Assembly: GCF_009914755.1 (NCBI RefSeq)
Contig: NC_060926.1
Reading direction: 5' to 3' (one strand)
Length of the DNA stretch: 64,000 nt
DNA from: the human T2T-CHM13v2.0 reference genome, Homo sapiens
Shown here piece by piece: positions 50,301 to 64,000 of the stretch. The notes beneath the pieces were generated by a model. It was given only the letters and a program-made list of their open reading frames with translations, did not search any database and was not told the DNA's origin. Each line of letters begins with the position of its first letter. Position 1 is the first letter of the stretch. The position numbers and the translations under genes were made by a program.

Positions 50301-51300
50301 AACTTGGTTAAAATCAATAACAAAAAGATGAATTTTTCTATTTCCATAATTTGGCAATTTCAGAAACACACTTCCAAATCACTCATGGTCATGAGTCATG
50401 GAAGATGGAATGAAAATTTTTAAATAACTGAAATTGAATGATAATGAAAATACTATATATCAAAATGTATGGACCTTCATACAATGGATTCATTAATAAA
50501 AAGGAAGGAAATCCTGATACAAGCCCCATCATGGATGAACCTCAAAAGCATTAAATGAAGTGAAAGAAGCTAGACATGACAAGACCACATATTAGATGAT
50601 TCTACTTACAAATGTCCAGAAAATACAAATTCATACAGACAAAAAGTACAGTAGTGGTTAGCTAGGGGTGGGAACAGGGATTATTGCAAATGGGCATAAG
50701 AGAGCTTACTGAGGGGATGAAAATGTTCTAAAATTGATTAATGGAAATGGTAGTGCCACTCAGTAATAAATTAAAAATCACTGACTTATACACTTGAAAT
50801 GAGTGAGTTTCATAATACATAAAGTATATCTTGATAAAGCTGTTTTAAAAGAAAACTTGTAAGATATAGGAAAATTAAAATTTTGAGGGAATATAGCCTT
50901 AAAGAAAGAAAGAAAGAAAGATGGCTGGGCATGGTGGCTCACATCTGTAATCCCAGCACTTGAGCAGGCTGAGGCAGGAGATCACTTGAGGCCAGGAGTT
51001 CAAGACCAACCTTGGCAACAAAGCAAGACAACAACAACAACAACAAACCAGAAAGAAAAACATCAAAGTAAAGAGAAGAAAATAATAAATATAGGAACTA
51101 AAATTTATAAAACCAAAAATATTCAATAGAGAGGATTAACAAAGCCAAAAGTTGGTTTGCTAAAAGAATAATAATAATAAACCATTGGCAAGATTAATCA
51201 AGAAAAAAGGGAGAAGGAACAAATGAATATCTGAAATTTAAAAGGGGAGATAACTACTGACATGGCAAAATTTAAAAGATAAAATAATAGCATGAATAGA
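47350..51300 (+). mobile_element. Highly degraded L1M ORF1/ORF2 remnants with Alus at 48593-48891(+), 49010-49295(-), 50923-51047(+ monomer)
   Basis: A-rich L1-like text ('aacaaagccaaaagttggttt', 'cacattctctgacc'). Confidence 0.65.
49391..49975 (+). mobile_element. Solo LTR10-family (HERV-I) LTR
   Basis: TG...CA ends, flanking CCCC duplication, twin CCAAT boxes 'agccaatcgggttcagtttagattgtg...agccaatgg'. Confidence 0.75.
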
Positions 51301-51514
51301 TGTTGAGACTACGGCAATGTTCGTTATATTTCCTTTGTGACTTAAAAAAAAGTTCTGTATTTGTGGGGTATAGGATCATACGCAAATGTAATTAGTTAAC
51401 CTTTTGAACACATTTTGAAGCTAGGTTAGGTATACGAGTTCATGATTACAACGGTCTCTTACATTGTTTCTTTTATCCGTATGATCTATTTATGTGTGTA
51501 CTTGAAAATACCTC

Positions 51515-52126
<612 letters not shown>

Positions 52127-54835
52127 AGAAGAAAAGGTAAAAAAAAGAAAATATTTTTTCTTTTATTGATTGGTCACCTACTATGTGCTATGGAGTTTCT
52201 CAATATTACCTCTATCCCTAATGTCCCTGGTAAGATAGGCATAAATAACTCCTATTTCAGATGAGACAACTGAGAGAGCCATAAATGATGTTTTAAAAAG
52301 CCAGGATCCAAACTCAGATTTTTCTGTTTTCAAAGCCTGTACTCTTCCTTACCACAGTGGTTCAAATATATGTCGACTGTATATATAACATGTATTTATT
52401 TTTTAAAGATAACACAAATTTCAGTATGAGGGAAAACTCAAAACTTAATCATGCAACCCTATAAACTGGACTTTTGCGTTTAAAAGCACCTATCTTTGGG
52501 GAGAGGAGGCAGGGCAAGCTGGCTTAATAGAACTCTCCAGCCATCATTTCCCCCCTGTACCCCACAGGAACAACAAATTGAACAATTATCCATACAAGAA
52601 AGAACCTTCATAACAACCAAACATCGGGTGAGAGATCACAGTACCTGGTTTTAACTACGTATCACTGAAAGAGGCACTGAAGAAGATAGGAAAGACAGTC
52701 TTGAATTGCCAACACCACCATTCCACCATCTCTTGGCAGTGGCCACATGGTGTGGAGAGAGAATCTGTACTTGTGGGAGGGAGAGTGCAGTGATTGTGGG
52801 ACTTTGCATTAGAACTCAGTGCTGCCTGCCACAGCTGAAAGCAACATGGGGCAGAATTCAGCCAGTACTCACAGAGGGGGCAGTTAGACCAGCCCCAGCC
52901 AGAGGGGAACCACCCATCCCACTGGTCAGAATCTGAGTTCCAGCAAGCCCCACCATGGCAAGCTAAAGCACTCTGGGGTTCCAAATAAACTTGAAAGGCA
53001 GTCTAGGCCACAAGTACTGCAATTCCTGGGCAAGCCCTGGTGTTGTGCTGGGCTTGGAGCCAGTGGAGTTAGGGTACATGTGACCTAGTGAGATACCAGC
53101 CAGCCAGCCAGCCAAGGAAGTGCTTACATCACCCCTCCTCCAATCCCAGGCAGTGCAGCTTACAGCTCCAGGAGAAACTCCTTTCTGCTTGAGGAGAGGA
53201 GAAAGGAGAGTAAAGGGGACTTTGTCTTGCAACTTGGATACCAGCTCAGCCACAGTAGGATAGGGGACAAGGTAGAGTCCCAAGGCCCTCATTCCAAGCC
53301 CTAGCTCCCAGATCACATTTTTAGACATACCCAGGGCCAGAAGGGAATGCACTGCCCTAAAGGGAAGGACCCAGTCCTGGAAGGATTTATCATCTGATGA
53401 CTAAGAGACCCTGGGCCCTGAATAAACATCAGCAGCACCCAGGCAGTACTCACCATGGGACTTGGGTAAGACCCAGGGCTGTGCCGGCTTCAGGTGTGAC
53501 CCAGTGCATTCTAAGCTATGGTGCCCACAGGGAGAGACTTCCTCTGCCTGAGGTAAGGAGAGGAAAGAGTAAAGGAACTTTTTATTGCAGCTTGGGCACC
53601 AGCTTGGCCACAGTGGGGTAGAGAACCAAGAAGTCACCTGGGGTAGTCAGTTCTAGCCCTTGGCTTCTGGATGGCATTTCTGGACCTGCCCTGGGCTAAA
53701 GGGGAGCCCACTACCTTGAAGGGAGAGTCCTAAAAATGGCAGCATTCACCACAAGCTGACTGAAGAGCCTTTGGGCCTTGGGTGAGTATCAGCGATAGCC
53801 AGGCAGTACCTGCTGCAGGGAGAGACTCCTTCCGCATGAGGAAAAAAGAGGGAAGAGTGGGAAGGATTTTGTCTTACAGCTTGGGTGCCAGCTCAGCTGG
53901 TGTAGAATCGAGAACCAAGTAGATTCCTAAGGTTCCTGACTCTAGGCCCTGGCTCCCAGATGGCATTCTGGGATCTGCTCTAGGCTGGGGAGTAGCTTGC
54001 CACCCTGAAGAGAACGACACAAGCCAGGCTGGATTTGTTTCCTGCTGATGGTAGAGCCCTTGGGCCTTGAGTGAATATTGGCAGTAGCCAGGCAGTGGTA
54101 ACAGGAGGCCCAGGCTGAGACCCAGTATTTTGCTGGCTTTGGAGAAACTCCATGTGTTTGGGGGGAAGTAAGGGAAAAGAACAAGAGTCTCTGCCTGGGT
54201 AATACAGGGAATTCTCCCAGATCTTACCCAAGACCACCACGGCAGTATCTCTACAATTGTGCAAGAGCCACAGCATTACTGGGCTTGGGGTGCCCCTGCC
54301 AATGCAGATACAGCTACAATGACCAAAGATTTAGATGACAACAACTCAATGTTCTTTGAATACTTGGAAAACTTTCCCAAGAAGGACAGGTACAAACAAG
54401 CCCAGACTACAAAGACTATAATAAATACGTAACTCTTCAATGCCCAGACATTAACAAACATCCACAAGCATCAAGACCATACAGGAAAGCATGACCTCAC
54501 CAAACAAACTAAATAGTGTACTAGTGACCAATCCTGAAGTGACAGAGATATGTGACCTTTCAGAGAGAGAATTCAAAATAGCTGTTTTGAGGAAGCTCAG
54601 CGAAATTCAAGATAACACAGAGAAGGAATTCAGAATCCTATCAGGTAAACTTAACAAAGAGGTTAAAATAACTTTTAAAAATCAAGCAGAAATTCCAGAG
54701 TTGAAAAATTCAATTGATATAGTGAAGAACGCATCAGAGTCAACAGGAGTATTGATCAAGCAGAAGAAAGAATCAGTGAGTTTGAAGACCGGTTATCTGA
54801 AAATGCAGTCAGAGGAGACAAAAGAAAAGAGAATA

Positions 54836-55281
<446 letters not shown>

Positions 55282-55729
55282 AAAAACAATGAAGCATGCC
55301 TACAGGATCTAGAAGATAGCCTCAGAAGGGCAAATATAAGAGTTATTGGCTTTAAAGAGGAGGTAGAGAAAGAGATGGGGTAGAAAGTTTATTCAAAGGG
55401 GGTAATAACAGAGAATTTCCCAAACCTAGAGAAAGATACCACTATCCAAGTACAGGAAGGTTATAGAATACCAAGCAGATTTAACCCAAAGAAGACTACC
55501 TCAAGGCATTTAGTAATCAAACTCCCAAAGGTCAACGATAAAGAAAAGATCCTAAAAGCAGCAAAAGAAAAGAAACAAATCACATACAATGAAGCTCCAA
55601 AATGTCTGGCAGTAGACTTTTCAGTGGAAACCTTATAGGCCAGGAGAAAGTGGGATGACATTTAAACTGCTGAAGGAAAAAAACTTTTACCCAAGAATAG
55701 TATATCCAGCGAAAATATCCTCCAAAAAT

Positions 55730-56791
55730 TGTTGTGGGAAGTCAGGGACCCCGAACAGAGGGACCGGCTGAAGCCATGGCAGAAGAAGATTTCATGGACA
55801 TTTATTAGTTCCCCAAATTAATACTTTTATAATTTCTTATGCCTGTCTTTACTGCAGTCTCTGAACATAAATTGTGAAGATTTCATGGACACTTATCACT
55901 TCCCCAGTCAATACCCTTGTGATTTCCTATGCCTGTCTATACTTTAATCTCTTAGTCCCGTCATCTTCGTAAACTGAGGAGGATGTATGTCGCCTCAGGA
56001 CCCTGTGATGATTGCATTAACTGCACAAATTGTAGAGCATGTGTGTTTGAACAATATGAAATCTGGATACCTTGAAAAAAGAACAGGATAACAGCAATGT
56101 CCAGGGAACAAGAGAGATAACCTTAAACTCTGACTGCTGGTGAGGCAGGCAGAACAGAGCCATATTTCTCTTCTTTCAAAAGCAAATAGGAGAAATATCG
56201 CTGGATTCTTTTTCTCAGCAAGGAACATCCCTGAGAAAGAGAATGTGTCCTTGAGGGTGGCCTCTAAAATGGCTGCTTTGGGGGCAGCTGTCTTTTATGG
56301 TCATAGCTGTGGGATGAAATAAGCCCTGGTCTCCTGTAGCGCTCCCAGGCTTATTAGGACGAGGAAATTCCCGCTTAATAAATTTTGGTCAGACCAGTTG
56401 TCTGCTCTCAAACCGTGTCTCTGATAAGATGTTATCAATGACAATGCCTGCCCGAAACTTCATTAGCAATTTTAACTTCGCCCCTGTCCTGTGGTCTCAC
56501 CCTGCCTCCATTTACCTTGTGATATCTTATTACCTTGTGAAGTATGTGATCTCTGTGACCCACACCCTATTTGTACACTCCCTCCCCTTTTGAAAATCAC
56601 TAATAAAAACTTGCTGGTTTTGCGGCTTGTGGGGCATCACGGAAGCTGCTGACATGTGATGTTTCCCCCAGAAGCCCAGCTTTAAAATTTCTCTCTTTTG
56701 TACTCTGTCCCTTTATTTCTCAGACCAGCCGACACTTGGGGAAAATAGAAAAGAACCTACGTGAAATATCGGGGGTGAATTTCGCCTGATA
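55730..56791 (+). mobile_element. MER11 solo LTR (HERV-K HML-8)
   Basis: Starts TGTTGTGGGAAGTCAGGGACCCC, ends GGGGTGAATTTCGCCTGATA; 6-bp TSD AAAAAT at 55724-55729 and 56792-56797. Confidence 0.9.
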
Positions 56792-56838
56792 AAAAATGAA
56801 GGAGAAACAGACTTGCCCAGACAAAACAAAAGTTGATG

Positions 56839-57147
56839 GAGGCTGGGCGCGGTGGCTCACACCTGTATTCCCAGCAGTTTGAGAGGCCGAGGTGGGCGGA
56901 TCGGATCACAAGGTCAGGAGATTGAGACCATCCTGGCTACTACAGTGAAACCCTGTCTCTACTAAAAATACAAAAAAAAATTAGCTGGGCATGGTGGCAG
57001 GCACCTGTAGTCCCAGCTACTCAGGAGGCTGAGGCAGGAGAATGGCATGAACCTGGGAGGCAGAGCTTGCAGTGAGCCAAGATCACGCAACTGCACTCCA
57101 GCCTGGGGGACAGAGCAAGACTGTCTCAAAAAAAAAAAAAAAAAAAA
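56839..57147 (+). mobile_element. AluY-like element
   Basis: 'gagaccatcctggcta', 'ggcatgaacc', 'gagcttgcagtg'. Confidence 0.9.
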
Positions 57148-57213
57148 GGCTGTGATAAACTATTTTGACATTTAAAATGTGACCATTTCAAAGTAATAAA
57201 TTTACCATCTTAC

Positions 57214-57257
57214 CTTGTTCACTCTCAAAGCTTGCTTCCTCATCAGACAAAACTAGC
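57214..57257 (-). CDS. ICA1L: ICA1L small coding exon ((K)LVLSDEEASFESEQ), 44 nt
   Basis: U-rich tract plus cAG 57259-57258, GTAAGA donor 57213-57208; phase 2 in, phase 1 out fits both neighbours. Confidence 0.88.
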
Positions 57258-57764
57258 CTGAAGTAAAAACAAAAAAAAATGTAGATTTTTTGTTATAATA
57301 CACTTGTGATTCATATTCCCCAAACAGTTTTATATGGTTAAAAAAATTTTCTACTCAGGAAACATAAAATCATTGTCCACTAGATCCCCTAAAATCTATA
57401 TCTGGTGAATTTCCTACTTCTTTTATAGATCTATACAGACCTTTCACCCCTTATTCCTTCAATAAACATTTACTGAGTATCTACAAAGCACCAGGCATCA
57501 TGCTCAGTACTCAATCTTCAAGAACCTTCACCATCAAAACCATAGAGTAAGAAGTTTCATTTTCAAGCCTTGAAAGGTTTTAAGAACACTTGTGAACTCA
57601 ATCAAGGGAATGAAGAACTCCAGAAAAGATGGAGTACCCTATTTTGAACAATGAAGTGATGTTTGCAAGACACGTTAGCCTAAAATATCCTTAATCAATA
57701 CTAATTTTGGATATTTATAGCATCTATCTGATATAATAGACAAAAAGTTAAGACAAAGAAATAG

Positions 57765-58756
<992 letters not shown>

Positions 58757-58881
58757 TCACAAATTTAATTTATAACTAGACATTTTATCAATGTTTATCT
58801 TAAAACATACATTCAAGTTAGCAAAAAAAATTGGTTTGGATTTCCTCATAGAGAAGATGGGAAAATGTCTTATACTACATT

Positions 58882-59118
58882 TGTGTCTTAGTTCATTTTG
58901 TGTTGCTATAAGAGAATACCTGAGACTAAGTAATTTATAAAGAAAAGAGGTTCATTTAGTTCTGCAGGTTGGGAAGTTCAAGATCATGGCCTTGGCTTCT
59001 GGCAAGGGCTTTAGTGCTGCATCATAACATGGTAGAGAAGGTCAAAGGGGAAGTGGACATGTGCCAAGAGGCAAACTCCAAGGCGCGTTGGGCTTTATAA
59101 CAAACCACTCTCTCAGGA
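58882..59118 (-). mobile_element. MST-family MaLR LTR fragment
   Basis: 'tgtgttgctataagagaatacctgagactaagtaatttataaagaaaagagg'. Confidence 0.75.
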
Positions 59119-59609
59119 TCACCTTCTACTCAACAGTATATGGTTTATCACTGTTTGGCCCTTATTTCTGAGTTCGTTAATATATTGAATCTGGTTAAAA
59201 TGAGAATTAAATAGCAGCTTTGAAAGAAAAACAAAGGGACAATAATATAATAAAAGGGAAACGGGGCATGAAGGATGTACACGGCAACAGCCCGTATTTT
59301 CAGGTAACCAGTCCCAGTCCTATGTGTGTTATTCTGGAAACAGATTTCTAATAGTTTATTTCACAGCTGCTGGTACCTGTCCCTTTCTTCTCTCTAGCTA
59401 CCCATTTCAAGAGTCACTAGAGGTACTTGTGGCTCTTAATACAAGGCTCTATCCCAAATGACAGACTCTTAATCACCCCAATCAGTTTGATACTTCTGTC
59501 ATGTCCTTTGCCTGCTATGTTAAAAAATGGAAAAAATTCGTGTAGGATCTGGATATTAAGGAAAAAATGGAAAAATATATATAAGGTTTCAAAACAAATT
59601 GCTAAGATC

Positions 59610-60036
59610 TGAATTTCTCCTCATCAAAACTCTTGTTGAAATTTGACCCCACCCTCAACGTGGGAGTATTGGGAGGTGGAGACCTAGTAGGAGGTGTTTG
59701 GGTCATTGGGGCAGATCTCTCATGAATGGTTTGGTGCCTTTTTCATGGTAATGAGTGAGTTCTCACTCTCATGAGATTGGATTAGTTCTCTCAGGAATGC
59801 TTCTGAATGGGTTGTTATACAGCCAGCATGCCCCTTGATTTTGCCTCTTCACACAGGTCTGCTTCCCCTTTGACCTTTTCTGCCATGTTATGAAGCAGCA
59901 CTAAAGCCCTCACCAGAAACCAGGGCCACGCTCTTGAACTTCCCAGCCAGCAGAACCATGAGCTAAACTTTTTTACTTGATAAATTACCCTGTCTCAGGT
60001 ATCCTGTTATAGCAACACAAAACAGACTATGATACA
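59610..60036 (+). mobile_element. MST-family MaLR LTR, opposite orientation to 58882-59118
   Basis: Ends 'ctcaggtatcctgttatagcaacacaaaacagactatgataca'. Confidence 0.8.
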
Positions 60037-60170
60037 AATGTTTAGTGTTGATTGGAAAAATGACATAGGAATAAATATTCAGTAAGAGAAGAAACAATTC
60101 TTTCCACATATATCATATGATGGTATCCAGGACTTCTATAACATGACACAGATGACTTATGCCTGCTTAC

Positions 60171-60253
60171 TTATTGAGCTGTTCAGTAAGAAAACCGCCT
60201 ATTTGTTCATCTTTATTGTCTTCACTAATCTTGCTTGGCGTGTCTTGTAGTTG
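60171..60253 (-). CDS. ICA1L: ICA1L coding exon (QLQDTPSKISEDNKDEQIGGFLTEQLN(K)), 83 nt
   Basis: ttAG acceptor 60255-60254, GTAAGC donor 60170-60165. Confidence 0.92.
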
Positions 60254-61352
60254 CTAAAGATAAGAAAGTCAATGTTAAGTATATAGAATGAATCTGTTTC
60301 TTCTTCTCTGCAAAGAAAATGAGAATATAAATTCTAAAGAACCATATGAAATAGGAAGTTCTGAACTAGAGAGTGAAAGATATAGGACATGTATGCTAAT
60401 GTAATCTGAACTGAGCTACTGAGCTTCATACACTTGTTTCTCCTGGCTGCCTGTGCAAACTGCACATATTGTGATGTGGGGTAGCCACAGATTAGTTTAA
60501 CAACTTAGTAATAGGCCTAAAGAAGACTTAAACTGTGTTTCTAGTCTGTATCACAATGCTCTAAATACAGCTAAAGATTTTCAATTTTGATTCTGAGCAG
60601 AAATTGGATATAAAATTTGCCTAAATACACAGTATGCCATACAGCGAAGCATTTATTATATTAAAAGTAAAAACAAAACAAAAAACAACCTAATTCAAGG
60701 GTATCTTTGGTGCTGGAAGATGCCATGTCAGAACATGACTTTAACATCCATCCTAAACCCCAGAAATATGCAAGATATGAGCCTATCACAAATACCACAT
60801 CCAGCTTGAACAAACCAGCCAGCAACACTTTCAAGCTTTACTGAAAATATGGCAGAATGAATGGTAAGTTAAAAGGTACTGAAACCTGGCATAATGTTGG
60901 TTATCATGAACCATATCCATGACATCAGTGTAAAAGTAAAACAAAGTTTTTCTCTAACTTCTAATACTGTCAGGTAGGTAATCTGGTTATTTTTAAGAGC
61001 ACATGACCACTTTCCATCACTTGTTCCTCTTAAGATTTTCCTTTGCATAGCCTTTTCTTATCTCCTTTAATTTTAAATTAAATTAAATTTAATTTTTTTT
61101 TTACTTTTAAATTTTTTTCATTTAAATTTTCTTTTTACTTTCTCCCTCTTTTTCCCTGTCCTACTAGTATCTTGGGCCTGCCAGCAGTATTCCTATGTTA
61201 TTTCAGTGTTGCTGGCAACATTTGCAATTAGGAAAGTGCTGACCCTTGGCTGAAGGAAAATGTTTCTCAATGTTTTGTAAATTTTAAATTAACCTTGGTT
61301 AAAAAAAAAAAAAGTTTCAATGTTATCACCCAAATGAAGAGTAATACATCTA

Positions 61353-61547
<195 letters not shown>

Positions 61548-62853
61548 TTACTAGTTTAGTAGATGAACAGTTGCCAAAAAATAAGAAGCAGGAACTAAAT
61601 TCAATTTTCCAAGTTTAGGGAACCATAAAGCACTGCAAATAGTACTTGTGCAAAAGAATCGGCATCTGTGTCTGCACGTGTGGGAGTTAACTGTATAAAT
61701 AGCACAGGAATGCACACTGGAGCCACCCAGAGAGTGACTGCAGCTAAGAGAATGAAAACTTAGGGATCAGAACATCTGAGATATCAAAAAGAGAAATGTT
61801 AAAAGCACAAAAATACCAATCTCTGTTAAAGGAGGAACATATGTGTAATCTTTATGTTGATGGGAATATATAAAACTTTTTAATTGGAGAAAAATTACAT
61901 TTACCACTAAATCTGGCCTTTCATCTAGAGTTCAAGAAAGATTTGCCAAAAAATGTGTTCTCAAGCTAACTCAAGTAATTGGACATTTTTCTTGCTGCTT
62001 CAAGGTTCCTGATTAAAGTGAGGAGGATGAATGGAGAGAATAAAGGAAAACTGAACTCATAGCTATTGTGTTTCAGGCAAGATGCTAAACAGATATCACA
62101 CACTGTTATTTTCAAGTGCATCCTTTCTCCATTTCTGAATCCCACAGTACTGAACTGAAATAGGCAGACTCCCTAAAAGCAGGAGTGAATGTCCATTTCC
62201 TGTAGTTTATTACTCTTTTCTTATGTAAGTACAGTTTATTCAATTTTTTCCATTGAAAAATATATGTAAAAATCAATAGCTGCTACTTATTAATATCTAA
62301 CTTATTCATTGTGTGTTACTTATATGTGATTTGTGGTACTATAAGCACAAGTGAGACTTCTGAGGTTAAAGTGGTATGGGATGGCAACTTGACAGAATGA
62401 AAAGAACATATAACTTAGAAATAGAAAACTTTGGTTTCTAAGCCAACATTGCCGTTCACTTTAATTCTCATAGGTGTCACTTTCCTCATCCATAAAATGA
62501 CAGAAAAGGTTTTAAACTTTTGGGGGCACAGAATCTTTGCTTCAGATGAAATTGTATGTAGAACTTCAAACCCAGAAGTGGAACAGCTCTGGTTAAACCA
62601 GGGCAAATGGGCCTTAAATTTTGCCTCTTCAACATTCCCCTCTTCAACCTCAAATGGTCCCTAAGTCTCTCTCTCTCCTTTGACACCAAAGAGAAGAGCT
62701 ACAGAAGTAAACAGTCTCTAAGGTCTTTTTCAGAACTTTTTGACTCTCTGACTTTCATAACCTCAATAAAGCAAAGTCAAAGGAATCTAATCATACATAA
62801 ATTTTTACACCCTTTAGACAACTTTTAAAAAGAAATCTCACCACTCATCTTTA

Positions 62854-63033
<180 letters not shown>

Positions 63034-63504
63034 TTATTACAGATATATACTATAAATATAGTATGTTATTACAGACATAAATATAGTATACAGGTTCATA
63101 ATAAATATTTTCAGAAATAAATTATAATAAAGACTAATTTCTTTTCCCTGTATCATTAATATTTCATGAGTAATGATGAAGATTTTGCTACTGTTAGTAA
63201 TTGTAGGAGATTCTTTCCAGAAGATATCTTTATGCTGAGAAAGTATGAGATAATAGATGGAAAGCAAATAGTTTTTTAAAAAGTATTCCAAATAAAAAGA
63301 AACATCTAAAACTATTCATGGATAGCACTTAGCTAAGAGCAGAAGAATAAATGGAAAGGGGACCTCGTTAAAGCACTGAGAAACATTAATAATATTTCTG
63401 AATCATGCAGATATTTATAAATTCCAGTAGAGGCCTATTATATTTCTTGAATAAATGGTGAGTCATGCCATCAGGTAGTGTGAATACTCAACCTTTTAAT
63501 ATAT

Positions 63505-64000
63505 TAATTTATTCAACAAATATAAGGCACCTATTATATGCAAGGCATTGTTCTAGGCACTGAGATATTGTGGTGAACAAAACAATGTTCTTCCCCACCA
63601 TCCTTGGGTAGGGAGGCACAGGAAAAAAAAGAAGTAAATAAATATATAGTTGCAAAGGTAGCAAATAAGTAAACAGAAATGAGTGAAGGATGACATGGAA
63701 GTCCTTGGTGAGATCATGCATGATGTTTGAACTGGGACAGAAAGATGATGAGCAGGCTATGCTAAGACCCTGGGGAGAGCATTCCAGAACTAGGGACAAG
63801 CAAGGACAAAGGTCCTGAGAGTGGGAGGGGGTGAAGACCTTATCATGTTAGAACAACAAGAAGCAAGGAGGTAGAGCACGTTCTTCCTGGAGTGTAGGAA
63901 GCAAGTACAACGTGGTTGTGGAGGGACCAGGGATCAGGCCATGCAGGGTTTTTAGGGTCCAGATAGGGACTTGGATTGTATTTGATGTGGTTTGGCTGTT
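63505..64000 (-). mobile_element. L2 3' fragment
   Basis: 'ttattcaacaaatat...cacctattatatgcaaggcattgttctaggcactgagata'. Confidence 0.7.

Noticed and set aside
60818-61216. 12-bp inverted repeat GCCAGCAACACT / AGTGTTGCTGGC and a small hairpin near 61179-61217
   Set aside because: Too short for a miRNA precursor, no TSD or transposon body recognised, compatible with chance

Overview
Alu-dense primate genomic DNA, most likely human (it contains an AluYb8). Two convergent genes are present. On the + strand are the last four coding exons and the ~4.3-kb 3' UTR of FAM117B. On the - strand are the last eight coding exons of ICA1L, encoding about 296 C-terminal residues (end of the arfaptin/BAR domain plus the ICA69 C-terminal domain). 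All exons were read manually: GT-AG boundaries are canonical and phases join without frameshifts. Between the genes, at 18596-19901 (- strand, same sense as ICA1L), lies an apparently full-length processed copy of the bicistronic PYURF-PIGY mRNA. It has a 15-bp target-site duplication, a retained CpG island, two lost ATGs and its own AATAAA, and it is the most interesting object here. Other notable structures are an AluYb8 that forms an inverted-Alu pair around an in-frame 90-nt ICA1L exon, and a 298-bp locally templated insertion with a fold-back junction inside an Alu. Solo LTRs (MER11, LTR10-like, MER67-like) sit nested in old L1s. Gene and repeat names come from my recognition of the sequences, not from a database search. 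Repeat boundaries are approximate. I see no evidence of a wholly new gene system.
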